NCBI GenBank assembly: GCA_963771465.1
Contig: CAVYTU010000017.1
Coordinates: 192,001-256,000, forward strand
Reading direction: 5' to 3'
Length of the DNA: 64,000 nucleotides
From: an uncultured delta proteobacterium
GTDB lineage: Bacteria; Desulfobacterota; Binatia; UBA9968
The position numbers and the translations under genes are program-made. Shown piece by piece: positions 39,785 to 49,782 of this stretch. Within the stretch, counting starts at the first letter, position 1, and every line of letters starts with the position of its first letter. A model generated the notes under the pieces. That model had not been told where the DNA came from and made no database searches. It was given only the letters and a program-made list of their open reading frames with translations.

Positions 39785-42700
39785 TTATTGCATTCTGACG
39801 GAAACGACCTTGGAAACCCCAGGCTCCGCCATGGTGATGCCGTAAAGCATTTCGGCAGCCTGCATGGATTTCTTATTGTGCGTGACCATGATGAACTGCG
39901 AATACTCGCTCATCTCTTTGATCATGTCGTTGAACCGGTCGATGTTGGCGTCGTCGAGGGGCGCATCGACCTCATCGAGGAAGCAAAACGGACTCGGTTT
40001 CGTCAAAAAGATTGCAAACAGCAAGCTAACGGCCGTCAATGCTTTTTCGCCGCCGGAAAGTAACGTGATCGATTGGAGCTTCTTGCCGGGCGGCTGGACG
40101 ATGATGTCGACGCCGGTTTCGAGATAGTCGTTCTCGTCGGTGAGCACGAGCTTGGCCTTACCGCCGCGAAATAGCCGCGGAAAGATCGCCTCGAACTTTT
40201 CATTAATCGCTTCGAAACTTTCCTTGAAGCGCAGTCGGCAAATGCGGTTGAGCTTGACGATGGTTTGCTGCAAGTCGGCGATGGATTTTTCCAAATCCTC
40301 TTTTTGCTGGCTCATGAACTGAAAGCGCGTTGTCAGTTCTTCGTACTCGCCGATGGCGGCGAGATTGACTTCGCCCATACGCTCCAGCCGGCCGCGCAGA
40401 TCGTCGATCTCGCTAACCAGCTCGGCTTTCGACGGAGTATTCTCCGGCCATTCCACGATTAGCGTCTCTAGCTCCGCGTCGTATTTTTCGCGCAAATTAT
40501 CAGCGAGGTGCTGCAAATGGAGCCGCTGTTCAGCGAGGGTTAAGTGCAGGCCGTTCTTTTCTTCCTGGCAGGCTTCACTAAGAGGACGAAGCTCCTTGAT
40601 CGCTTCGCCGATCTCGGCGAGCTGCATGGAAATCGTGCGATAGCGTTGCCGTTCGGACTGCAAACGCGCTTCGAGATCTTGCAGTTCGATCCGGCTTTGG
40701 CCGAGCGCTTGTTCGGTTTGCGCCAGGTTCTGCTCGATGTCGCCGCGTTGCTGTTGGCAGTCGGCGAGACGTCCCTGCCGCGTCGCGATCTCGCTGGCGG
40801 TTTGTTCTTGCAGGGCGACCCGATTGGCGAGATTGACGTGCGTGTTGTCGCGCTTTTCGCCCAACGCGGCATTGCGAATGCGCGACTGGGTGACGGCACC
40901 CTCGGCGGTTTCTAGGTCTCGGCGCAAAGCCGTGTACTCGGCTTGCTTCTGGCTGAGCGCTTGCGCACGTTGTGCCTTCTCCTCGAGCCGCGCTTGGCTC
41001 ATGCTGCGGTTGCGCTGCAACTCGTCGTCAAGCAGCTGGATCGTGGTCGTCAGATCGCACTGTTCTTGCATCAACGCGCGCGCCGTTTGCGTCAAGCGCT
41101 CATGCTCTTGATTGGCGGCGCGGTTTTCGTGTTCGAGGCGTACGCGCTCGAGCTCCAGGCGGTGAACTTCGTTGCCGAGCAGAGTTTTTTTCGTCTCGGC
41201 TTGTTCGAGTTCCTGTTTGAGCTTTTCGATCTCACGTTCTTCGAAAGGCAATCGACCTTCGAGTTCGGTGAGCGTGCTACTGATTTCGCGAATGCGCCGC
41301 CGTTGGGCGAGCACGCTTCCTTCCAACGACGCGCCATTACCGCCAGAGACAATTCCCATGGGATCGATGACTTCGCCTTCAGGCGTGACCAGTGTGCTGT
41401 AGTAGCCGTTGCGATTCCACAGCGCGATGCCGGCCTGCAGATCGTGCACGACCATCACGTCGGCGAGCAGGTATTCGGCGACGTCGCGATAGCCCTCTTT
41501 GATCGAAACCATGTCAATCAGAGACGCAACGACCTCGGCCTCGCCGATGGGCAGCTCTTTATGCTGCTTGCGCTTCATCTCGCGCGGGATGAAGCTGCTC
41601 CGCCCAGAGGCTTCGGTCTTAAGATATTCGATCGCTTCGATGCCTTCGTCGTGGCCTTTGACGATGACGTATTGCAAGCGGTCGCCAAGCACTGCGGTGA
41701 GTGCTTTTTCGTATGATTCAGGCGCTTCGATTACGTCGGCAACCAGGCCGTAGATGCCGTTGGGCGCGCTATCGTGCTGCTTTTTCAGCATGATTGCGCG
41801 CACGCCTTCTTGATAGCCTTCGTAATTTCGCTGCAAGTCTTCCAAGGATACCAGGCGCGAATGATTCTCCTGGATTCGCGCCTTCAGCGTCGCGATTTTT
41901 TTCTCTTCGGCTTCTTTGGCTTGGCTGAGCGATTGAATGGACGCGTTGGCCAGAGACGCATCGAGCGTCCGGTTGCGCACGGCGTCGAGGCAAACCGCCA
42001 ACGCACCGGCGCTGTCGTTTTGCTTGGCCGCACACGCCGTCAATGCCACAGTTACCTGGTTGTGCTCCTCTTGGCATTGCGCCAATTGCCGGCTGATTTC
42101 GCTATGACGTTTTTCCTTGGCTAGGGTGTCATTATTGAGATAGGCGATTTGGTTGGCGCACTCGATGGACGCTTCCTTCTCGCCCTCGATGTCAGCCTGG
42201 CGCCTGCCAAGCTCGGCTTGCAGTTTGCCGAGATCGTTTTCCTTGTCGCGTAGAAAGGTTGCTTCGAACAGCGATAGCTGGATGAAACTTTCCTGAGCTT
42301 TGTTAAGCTCGTCAATTTCCTGGGTCAGTGCTTTGGTGCGCTCGTTGAGGGTTGACAGCGCCGCGCGGTTTTCCGCATCGGTTTGTTCGAGCTGGGAAAG
42401 ATCTTTGCGGTAAAATTCACACTTTTGCTCGTCGGTTTGGATTTGCGTGCGCCGTTGATAGACATTTTCCTGCTGCGCGCCGATTTCCTGGTCGGCTTCG
42501 AGCAACGCCAGCCGCACCACTTCGCTCTCGGCGTCTTTGGCATGGAGTTGGGCGAGCTGTTCGGCGAGTTGATTTTCCACGCCGCGCAGCCGGCTTTCTT
42601 GTTGGCCGATTTCCTGGTGAAAAGCGTCACGCTGCAAGACCGTAAATGCGAGTTCTTTGTCTTTTAGCTCGGCGCGCAAGGCGCGATAGCGCTCGGCTTT

Positions 42701-43339
42701 CTTGGCTTGCAATTCCATCGAACGGATTTGCCGCTCGATTTCGCGCACGATGTCGGTGACGCGCAGGAGATTTTGCTGGGTGCGCTCGAGTTTTCTCTCG
42801 GCGACGATCTTACGGCTTTTATACTTGCTGGTGCCGGCGGCTTCTTCAATCAGCGCGCGTCGCTCCTCGGGTTTAGCATTGACCAGCTCGTCGACTTTGC
42901 CTTGTTCGACGATTGAATAAGCTTTGCTGCCGACGCCGGTACCTAAAAACAGCTCGACGACATCTTTCAGTCGGCAGTCCATTTTGTTGATGGAATACTC
43001 CGATTCACCGGAACGAAACAGCCGCCGCGTCACCATGATTTCGCTATAGTTGCTGTACTCCGCCGGCCCCCGGCCATCTTCATTGTCGAATACAATCGAT
43101 ACTTCGGCCATGCCGGTGGCGGGCAGAGTATCACTGCCGGCGAAAACCACATCTTCCATCTGGTGGCCGCGCAGGTGGCGCGCGCTCTGCTCACCCATGG
43201 CCCAGCGCAGGGCGTCGACGATGTTCGATTTGCCACAGCCATTGGGCCCAACCACCGCGGTGATGCCAGGGTTTAGGTCTACGGTAGTCTTCTGAGCAAA
43301 AGACTTAAAGCCAATCATTTCGAGACGTTTTAGGCGCAT
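39785..43339 (-). CDS. smc: Chromosome segregation protein SMC
   Basis: GFKSF, VGPNGCGKSN, hinge domain, coiled coils, LSGGE, LDEVDAPLD. Confidence 0.98.
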   Translation of the reverse strand: MRLKRLEMIGFKSFAQKTTVDLNPGITAVVGPNGCGKSNIVDALRWAMGEQSARHLRGHQMEDVVFAGSDTLPATGMAEVSIVFDNEDGRGPAEYSNYSEIMVTRRLFRSGESEYSINKMDCRLKDVVELFLGTGVGSKAYSIVEQGKVDELVNAKPEERRALIEEAAGTSKYKSRKIVAERKLERTQQNLLRVTDIVREIERQIRSMELQAKKAERYRALRAELKDKELAFTVLQRDAFHQEIGQQESRLRGVENQLAEQLAQLHAKDAESEVVRLALLEADQEIGAQQENVYQRRTQIQTDEQKCEFYRKDLSQLEQTDAENRAALSTLNERTKALTQEIDELNKAQESFIQLSLFEATFLRDKENDLGKLQAELGRRQADIEGEKEASIECANQIAYLNNDTLAKEKRHSEISRQLAQCQEEHNQVTVALTACAAKQNDSAGALAVCLDAVRNRTLDASLANASIQSLSQAKEAEEKKIATLKARIQENHSRLVSLEDLQRNYEGYQEGVRAIMLKKQHDSAPNGIYGLVADVIEAPESYEKALTAVLGDRLQYVIVKGHDEGIEAIEYLKTEASGRSSFIPREMKRKQHKELPIGEAEVVASLIDMVSIKEGYRDVAEYLLADVMVVHDLQAGIALWNRNGYYSTLVTPEGEVIDPMGIVSGGNGASLEGSVLAQRRRIREISSTLTELEGRLPFEEREIEKLKQELEQAETKKTLLGNEVHRLELERVRLEHENRAANQEHERLTQTARALMQEQCDLTTTIQLLDDELQRNRSMSQARLEEKAQRAQALSQKQAEYTALRRDLETAEGAVTQSRIRNAALGEKRDNTHVNLANRVALQEQTASEIATRQGRLADCQQQRGDIEQNLAQTEQALGQSRIELQDLEARLQSERQRYRTISMQLAEIGEAIKELRPLSEACQEEKNGLHLTLAEQRLHLQHLADNLREKYDAELETLIVEWPENTPSKAELVSEIDDLRGRLERMGEVNLAAIGEYEELTTRFQFMSQQKEDLEKSIADLQQTIVKLNRICRLRFKESFEAINEKFEAIFPRLFRGGKAKLVLTDENDYLETGVDIIVQPPGKKLQSITLLSGGEKALTAVSLLFAIFLTKPSPFCFLDEVDAPLDDANIDRFNDMIKEMSEYSQFIMVTHNKKSMQAAEMLYGITMAEPGVSKVVSVRMQ

Positions 43340-43431
43340 AGGTAATTCTATTCCGGGGAAGTTCTAGGCAATTTCTACCATTGAAATATAACCGCAATAT
43401 TTCACAGGTGGGAGGGGTAGTCAAGAAAAAA

Positions 43432-43480
43432 TCACAATATACGGTGGGGGCTGTGGATAATTCACCACAAGATATGGGAG
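43432..43480. promoter_or_regulatory. Tandem NrdR-box-like sites flanking a perfect DnaA box upstream of smc
   Basis: TCACAATATACGGTGG (43432), TGTGGATAA (43452), CCACAAGATATGGGAG (43465). Confidence 0.6.
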
Positions 43481-43553
43481 CCGTTCGGTATTACGCGGTC
43501 TGCTGAGCTAACTGTGACCGGTCGCCAACGAACCCGCGCGGATTTGAACAGAA

Positions 43554-44186
43554 CTAACTTTCCAGCAGCTCGGTGTTCCAATAGGAGACATCGATGGTAT
43601 TGAGAAAGGGCGCCCATTCTTTATAGCGGGACATGCTGAAAGTTTCCTGCATGAACGGGGTCCACTGTGGTTTGAAAGGCTTGCGCACGAGCGGCATGTT
43701 GGCCTGCTGTGGGGTGCGGCCGCCTTTGCGATGATTGCACTCGTGGCAGGAGCAGACGACATTCTCCCAAACCGACGTGCCGCCCTGGGAGCGGGGAATG
43801 ACATGATCGAGATTGAGCTCTTGGCGTGGCAGCCGCCAGCCACAGTACTGGCAAGTGCATTTATCTCGGGCGTAGATGTTATAGCGGCTAAAGCGCACCT
43901 GACGCTTGGGCACTCGGTCGTAGGTGACGAGTAGAATAACCCGCGGCACCCGGATCACTCGGTTGACCAAACCGACCGTCTCAGCGTGGGCGGAAATCGA
44001 CAGATCGCTCCAGCTGTTAAAATCAAAAGTCTGGTACTGCTCGTTCACCGCTTTGGCGATGCCCTGATAGAGCAGCACAAAAGCGCGCCGTACCGACGTG
44101 ACATGGATCGGCAAATAGGAACGATTGAGGATCAGAACCTTGGTGTTGAGGACCGTGAATGCTGGCGCGGTGGCCGGATAACTCAT
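43554..44186 (-). CDS. HNH endonuclease (McrA-like)
   Basis: VLILNRSY, NIYARD..TCQYCG, LDHVIPRSQGG..WENVVCSCHECNHRKG. Confidence 0.9.
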   Translation of the reverse strand: MSYPATAPAFTVLNTKVLILNRSYLPIHVTSVRRAFVLLYQGIAKAVNEQYQTFDFNSWSDLSISAHAETVGLVNRVIRVPRVILLVTYDRVPKRQVRFSRYNIYARDKCTCQYCGWRLPRQELNLDHVIPRSQGGTSVWENVVCSCHECNHRKGGRTPQQANMPLVRKPFKPQWTPFMQETFSMSRYKEWAPFLNTIDVSYWNTELLES

Positions 44187-44435
44187 AATCAGCTTTGTCG
44201 TTGTCGTTTGAAGCCTTTATGATCTGCCGGTATTCCACTCAAAGTAGCTGGCGCACACTCCAATGTCAATTAAGCTGGAGGTCGTGTATGAAAGCTTACT
44301 TGCAGTCATGGCTGTTTTCCTCTATAAACAAATTGAGCTGCTTTAGTGGTCCTTTGGAGACCGCCGCGTTTGTTTAGGCGATCCGCGTCACATTATCCCT
44401 CCAGCGTTCACTGACTTGGTTGTTCGTAAATTCGT

Positions 44436-45944
44436 ATGAAACAGGAAATTTTTATCAATTCGACGCCCCAGGAGAGCCGCATCGCCATCATGGAAGATGG
44501 TGTGCTCGCTGAATTCCTCATCGAAAGAAAAGAGGAAATGGGCGTTGCGGGGAATATCTATAAAGGGAAGGTCGCGCGCGTGCTTCCCGGCATGCAAGCC
44601 GCCTTCATCGATATGGGCATGGAAAAGGCCGGCTTTTTACATGCATCGGATTTTTCGACCGAACTGGACGAAATACAATTGACCGGCGACGATGTCGAGT
44701 TCGCGGAGGCGCCCAAGCCGCCACCGTCTTCATCGCGTCGTTTACCGTTGGAAAAACAGCTTTCGCGTAATGAAGAAATTCTCGTCCAGGTTGCCAAGGA
44801 TCCGCTCGGCACCAAGGGCGCGCGGGTTACCTGTCATGTCTCCTTGCCGGGCCGCTACATGGTTTACATGCCGGGCACCAAGCACATCGGTATCTCGCGC
44901 CGCATCGAGAGTGATGAAGAGCGCAAGCGGCTGAAGGAGATCGCCCAGTCGCTCGGCACTGAAAAGGGTGGATTTATCCTGCGCACCGCCTGCGAAGGGC
45001 TTAGCAAAAGGGAAATTCAAAGAGATCTGGCCTTTCTCACCAAACTGTGGGAGGGGATTCAGAAACGGGCCGCCAGCGCGGCGGCGCCGACGCTGATTCA
45101 CCAGGATCTCGATCTCATCGCGCGCACGCTGCGCGATTTTTTTACCGCCGATACCGATCAAGTCGTCATTGATTCGCCGAAGGATCACCGCCGGGTGGTC
45201 GATTTCGTGCGTCACTTCATGAGCCGGCACAAAGCGAAGATCGTGCTCTATAACGACAAGGAACCGCTCTTCGAGCAATATGCCATCGAAGAAAAGGTCG
45301 TCAAAGCGCTGGACCGACGCGTGTGGCTACGTTCCGGCGGCTACCTGATCATCGAACGCACCGAGGCGCTGACGGCTGTGGACGTAAACACCGGCCGCTT
45401 CGTCGGCAAACGCAATCAGGAAGACACGATCATCAAAACTAACATGGAGGCGGTGCAGGAGGTGGTGCGCCAGCTCCGGCTGCGCAACGTCGGTGGCCTC
45501 ATCATCATTGACTTCATCGACATGGAAAAAGAGGGCAATCGCAAGAAGGTATACGATGCTTTGAGAGAGGCGCTGAAGAAAGACAAAGCGCGCACCAACA
45601 TTCTCAAAATATCCGAGCTCGGTTTGGTCGAGATGACGCGCCAGCGCACGCGCGAGAGCTTGGAGAATCAGCTGCTCCGTTCGTGCCCGCACTGCGACGG
45701 GCGCGGTCGGATCAAGTCAGCGCCGACGATTGCTTATGACGTGCTACGCGCGATCAAGCGCCAGCAGCCGAGCTTCGACGGCGGCAAAAATATCGTCGTG
45801 CGCTTGCACCCGGACATCGCCAACTTCCTTTACGACGAGAAAAATAACAGCTTGGAAAATCTCGAACGCGAGATCAATCGCCGCATCATCATCAAAGCCA
45901 GCCAGGAGCTGCACCACGAGAAGTATGAAATCTCCGAGGCGTAA
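44436..45944 (+). CDS. rng: Ribonuclease G (Rne/Rng family)
   Basis: GNIYKGKV..VLPGMQAAF, DVNTG, LRNVGGLIIIDFIDM, CPHC.G; 502 aa with no RNase E scaffold. Confidence 0.92.
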   Translation: MKQEIFINSTPQESRIAIMEDGVLAEFLIERKEEMGVAGNIYKGKVARVLPGMQAAFIDMGMEKAGFLHASDFSTELDEIQLTGDDVEFAEAPKPPPSSSRRLPLEKQLSRNEEILVQVAKDPLGTKGARVTCHVSLPGRYMVYMPGTKHIGISRRIESDEERKRLKEIAQSLGTEKGGFILRTACEGLSKREIQRDLAFLTKLWEGIQKRAASAAAPTLIHQDLDLIARTLRDFFTADTDQVVIDSPKDHRRVVDFVRHFMSRHKAKIVLYNDKEPLFEQYAIEEKVVKALDRRVWLRSGGYLIIERTEALTAVDVNTGRFVGKRNQEDTIIKTNMEAVQEVVRQLRLRNVGGLIIIDFIDMEKEGNRKKVYDALREALKKDKARTNILKISELGLVEMTRQRTRESLENQLLRSCPHCDGRGRIKSAPTIAYDVLRAIKRQQPSFDGGKNIVVRLHPDIANFLYDEKNNSLENLEREINRRIIIKASQELHHEKYEISEA

Positions 45945-46002
45945 GAACTCGGAGATTTAACCGCGCAAAACTTTCGGACTTCCGCAGTTAAAACTGAAAC
46001 AG

Positions 46003-46181
46003 CGAGTGAGGCACGATCCTTCCGTAGTGAAGACAATCGGCCTGTGCCTCTGAGCCGGCAACCAACATCGTTGTCTGGCGAGCGATCGTTGGCAGGCAAT
46101 GGAACGGCTGCCAACCAGAGAAAATGACTTTGCACCCGCAGCGTTAGGTGTCTTCAGTACTCCAGGCTCGTGCCACACTCG
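46003..46181 (+). ncRNA. Candidate structured non-coding RNA (about 180 nt), family not recognised
   Basis: Ends pair over about 33 positions with symmetric mismatches (CGAGTG-A-GGCACGA-T-CCT-TCC-GTA-G-TGAAGACA / TGTCTTCA-G-TAC-TCC-AGG-C-TCGTGCC-A-CACTCG), plus inner helices; strand inferred from a GCGA tetraloop. Confidence 0.6.
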
Positions 46182-46214
46182 GGCACACATTTACTCCACC
46201 TGCGGAAGCTGGGT

Positions 46215-46871
46215 TCAATTCTTCGGCCAGGCGTGGATGTCGGCGCCTTTACGCAGTTTTTTTTCGTCGTAAATTTCGTAGTGGGTGAACGCTGTGATCG
46301 GCCGGCGCGGTTTGGCTTTCGGCCAACTGCTGGCGTGGCCGATGGGCATGACCCAGAGCAGTCTTAGCTCATCGGGTACTTTGAATAATTCTCTTAGCTC
46401 CGGTTCGACTTCTTCACGCACGGAAACCCAGACCGTGCCGAGATTCATGCTCGCGGCCGCCAGCATCATTTGCTGCACGGAGTTGGCGATGCTCGCCTGA
46501 AACAGTTTCTCTCGGTCGGACGGTTGGCGCGTGGTTAGATAGACCTGCTTCGTGCGCGCCTCGCCGCAGGCGAGCACGAGGACGCTCACGTCGCCGACGT
46601 AGTCTTTTTTCAACCCCTTATAATGCACCGGGTCTTCTTTCTTCCGATCGCGCCACTCTTTGGAATAGATTTCACGCACCAACTTCATTTTCTTGCGGTC
46701 ACGCGTGACGACGAATTCCCACGGTTGCGTATTGGCGCCTGAGGGCGCCCAGCGGGCGGCTTCAAGGATGGTGTTCAATTGCTGCTGGGTGACTTTGCCG
46801 GTTTTGTAGACGCGCACGCTGCGGCGGTGTTGCATGATTTTGAGCAAATTTTCAGTGTCCATAGTTTTCAT
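46215..46871 (-). CDS. Nitroreductase-family flavoprotein
   Basis: RRSVRVY, AARWAPSGANTQPWEFVV, MMLAA..MNLGTVW, PIGH. Confidence 0.9.
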   Translation of the reverse strand: MKTMDTENLLKIMQHRRSVRVYKTGKVTQQQLNTILEAARWAPSGANTQPWEFVVTRDRKKMKLVREIYSKEWRDRKKEDPVHYKGLKKDYVGDVSVLVLACGEARTKQVYLTTRQPSDREKLFQASIANSVQQMMLAAASMNLGTVWVSVREEVEPELRELFKVPDELRLLWVMPIGHASSWPKAKPRRPITAFTHYEIYDEKKLRKGADIHAWPKN

Positions 46872-46885
46872 TCCAAATGACGAAG

Positions 46886-48628
46886 CTAATTGAGCGTGAC
46901 TTGGCTGCGCCGACCGAACCACCAGGCGATGAAAATCAGCGGTGTCAAAACCAGGGTCATGAGCAGGGTGACAGCGGAAGCTTTGTTGATATTGCCGCTG
47001 TACCAATAGCTCCAGATGACGGCCGGCAGCGTGATGTTGTCGTGCACCGCGAGAAAGACAGCGGCGGTGAGCTCGCGGTAGACCAGCAACGCAGACCATA
47101 TCCACACCGAAAAAAGCGTCGGCCGGATGAGCGGGAACAAAACTCTCCAGGCGGTGCGGCTGTTAGAGAGACCGGCGACGAAAGCCGCCTCTTCCAGCTC
47201 GCGATGGATTTGCAGCAGCGAGCCGTTGAGGGCGCGGGTCGCGAAGGCCAGGCGGGCGATGATATAGACGATGGCGATGATCCACACCGAGCCGTAAAGC
47301 GGAATCGCGGTGCCGAGCACAAAAAGCGAAAGCAATAAGGCGCCGATGGCGAGAATCACTTCCGGCAATGCCTGCGGCAAGAAGGCGCCGAATTCAAGCG
47401 CATAGCGAATGCGGCTGCGGGAGCGCACGATGAGCCAAGAAATCGTAAAGGCCAACAGCAGAACCACTAGCGGCACCAGCGCTACCAAAATCGCCGTATT
47501 CCAAAGTCCGCGCAGAGCCAACTGCCAGTCCATGCCATAAAAATTCGCCAGCGAGAGCTGTCCCATCGTCGCCAGAGACGGCGGCACGAAATATGGCATG
47601 AGCGCCGCGTAAGCGATTAATAACAGCGGCAGGAGTTTGGAGATGAATGCGTAGCCGGCGATAAAACTCCAAGCGGCGAGGGACCAATTGCCCAAGTCTA
47701 ACAGGGCCGGTTTGTAGCCTTTACCGGTGACCACTTCGAAACGGTGACTCTGGCGCAGCACTTGGCTGTACCAAAGCGTAAGCAGCGCGGCGACGACGAT
47801 CATGAAAGCGCCGACCACGCCGGTGATACCATATTCCGGCAGCCCCGCGCCTTGGGGATGGACTTTCAAGTAAATAAACGTGCTAAGCAGGTATACCCGG
47901 TTACCGAGGCCCAGGATCGCCGGGATGTCGAACGTGGCGAGGCCGATGGTGAATATGTAGATGACCGCCGCCATGATCCCGGGGCGGGCTAACGGGAGGG
48001 TCACGCGGCGAATGATTTTCGTGTAATTCATGCCGTGCACGCGCGCCGCTTCTTCCAGCGTCGGATTCATGGCGCGAAACATTTGCGCGGTAAGTATGAA
48101 CGCCAGCGCGGAAAGACTTAGCCCTTGTACGAATCCCATGCCGATGGGTGTGGCGATATTGATCGGCGCTTCGCTTAGCTCCAATAGGTTGATGAGCCAG
48201 CGATTTATGATGCCGATGCGCGGATGCGCGATCATGGTCCAACCCATCGCGGTGTAGATACCGGGAATCAAAAGTCCCAGAGTCATGAGTGCGTAGACGA
48301 GAGTCTTTCCGGGGATGCTGGTGCGCTCCACCAGCCAGGCGATGGGCAGACCGAAAAGCAGCGCGAAAAACGTCGCGGTGACAGTAAAGAGGAGCGTATT
48401 GGCAACCACCCGGTAGACGAACGGATCACTGACGACCTCGTGGTAGTTAGCAAATGTAAAGGTGGCGCTGGGGGTGCCGAAGGCGCCCTTTTGCAGGCTG
48501 ATCCAAAACATCACGATTACGAGGATGAAAATCACCGCCATCGGGATCATCGCCACAGACAAGAGCGCGGACGAGGTGTGACTGCGCGCGCGGAACAGAG
48601 CCGGCAATCTCAAAACCGCCTGTTTCAT
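46886..48628 (-). CDS. ABC transporter permease (FbpB/ThiP-type, duplicated TM domain)
   Basis: Two EAA loops (LEEAARVHG, LEEAAFVAG), AWLVERT. Confidence 0.9.
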   Translation of the reverse strand: MKQAVLRLPALFRARSHTSSALLSVAMIPMAVIFILVIVMFWISLQKGAFGTPSATFTFANYHEVVSDPFVYRVVANTLLFTVTATFFALLFGLPIAWLVERTSIPGKTLVYALMTLGLLIPGIYTAMGWTMIAHPRIGIINRWLINLLELSEAPINIATPIGMGFVQGLSLSALAFILTAQMFRAMNPTLEEAARVHGMNYTKIIRRVTLPLARPGIMAAVIYIFTIGLATFDIPAILGLGNRVYLLSTFIYLKVHPQGAGLPEYGITGVVGAFMIVVAALLTLWYSQVLRQSHRFEVVTGKGYKPALLDLGNWSLAAWSFIAGYAFISKLLPLLLIAYAALMPYFVPPSLATMGQLSLANFYGMDWQLALRGLWNTAILVALVPLVVLLLAFTISWLIVRSRSRIRYALEFGAFLPQALPEVILAIGALLLSLFVLGTAIPLYGSVWIIAIVYIIARLAFATRALNGSLLQIHRELEEAAFVAGLSNSRTAWRVLFPLIRPTLFSVWIWSALLVYRELTAAVFLAVHDNITLPAVIWSYWYSGNINKASAVTLLMTLVLTPLIFIAWWFGRRSQVTLN

Positions 48629-48685
48629 GATTTCCTCTGTGGTAGTCGCTGCGGCGAGTCCTGTGCCACAGCGACCATGGTCCAA

Positions 48686-49765
48686 TTATTTGCCGCCGTC
48701 GCGCAAAATCGCTTCCAGCTCTTTTTGCGTCTTGGCGTAGTCCTTGAATGTCGCCAGCCATTCAGGCGAATTAATAATAATCTTGCCTTTGGCCGTGCGC
48801 AGGCCGTCGAGTTCCCGTTTAGTCTGCGAACCGGGAAACAGGTGGAGATCCATGCCGTCATGTTTCCACAGCATTTCCTGCCCTTCGGACGACATGAGGT
48901 AATTGATCAACAACGCGCCGATATTGGGCGAGCGCGAATTTTTTGGAATCGCCGCGTAGCGCATGTGCAACACGGTGCCCTCTTCCATCACCGTATGTCC
49001 GACCGGCGCGCCGGTGCGCTTGAGGACGTTCACGTCATTGCCGCCGCAGGTAAACGCCAGCATCAAAAACTCACCGCTGGTAATGCGCTCCGATTCGCCG
49101 CAGCGCATCAGCCCGGCGATCTGTTTGGAGAGCTGCTTGGTGTAGTCGATCATCTTTTCTCGACCGAGGAAGTCCGGCGTGGCGAACTCCCTGAGGCCGG
49201 CGGCATACGGGGTTGAGGCGATTTTCCCTTTCCACTTGGGGTTGAGCACATCGGACAAACGGCGCGGAATGTCATTGCCCTTGACCATCTGGGAGTTGTA
49301 TTGGACGCCCACCACCGCCGTGCCGAATGCGACATGGGTATTCGCTGGCGCGATAGCGTGAAACTTCCCTTCAGGTTTGGGCTGGTGCTCAATAATTTTG
49401 TCGTAAGTCATGGCGCTGAATAGTTTGGCGTTCTGACCGTCGAAAATCGCTTGGGCGTTGCCCAAGTAGACGTCGGTGCTGGCCGGCTGTCCAGCCGCGG
49501 CTTCCTGGATGATGCGCAACATCAACCGCTGCATGTCGGGCCCCGGCGTGTACTGGCCCTTGAGATTGAGCTTGTATTTGCGATTCATCCCAGCGAGCAG
49601 TTCTTGAAATCCTTCGCTGCCGCCAAAGCTGTTCTGTCCCCATTGGCCGCGAAAGTTGCTTTCTTTTTTCGCGCCTTCGACGATCTCCGCTAAGGTGGCG
49701 GCGCGCGCATGCGCGGTGAGGCTGAAAAGCGCGAGCGTTAGCGCAAAGAATTTTGTCGCGATCAT
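48686..49765 (-). CDS. ABC transporter substrate-binding protein (Fe3+/polyamine cluster type)
   Basis: Signal peptide, GAKKES, YNSQMV...PRRLSDVLNPKWKGKI, SPN.GALLINYLMS.EGQ. Confidence 0.85.
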   Translation of the reverse strand: MIATKFFALTLALFSLTAHARAATLAEIVEGAKKESNFRGQWGQNSFGGSEGFQELLAGMNRKYKLNLKGQYTPGPDMQRLMLRIIQEAAAGQPASTDVYLGNAQAIFDGQNAKLFSAMTYDKIIEHQPKPEGKFHAIAPANTHVAFGTAVVGVQYNSQMVKGNDIPRRLSDVLNPKWKGKIASTPYAAGLREFATPDFLGREKMIDYTKQLSKQIAGLMRCGESERITSGEFLMLAFTCGGNDVNVLKRTGAPVGHTVMEEGTVLHMRYAAIPKNSRSPNIGALLINYLMSSEGQEMLWKHDGMDLHLFPGSQTKRELDGLRTAKGKIIINSPEWLATFKDYAKTQKELEAILRDGGK

Positions 49766-49782
49766 AAAATTCCTCCTTCGGT

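Noticed and set aside
43554-44186. HNH nuclease as part of a defence or mobile system with SMC (Wadjet/Lamassu-like)
   Set aside because: The SMC is a canonical hinge-containing condensin next to ftsY; the HNH belongs to a widespread stand-alone family and no jet/lmu partners are present
46003-46181. Structured region as a retron msr-msd or a riboswitch
   Set aside because: No reverse transcriptase in the window, and it lies between two gene 3' ends, so it is not a 5' leader
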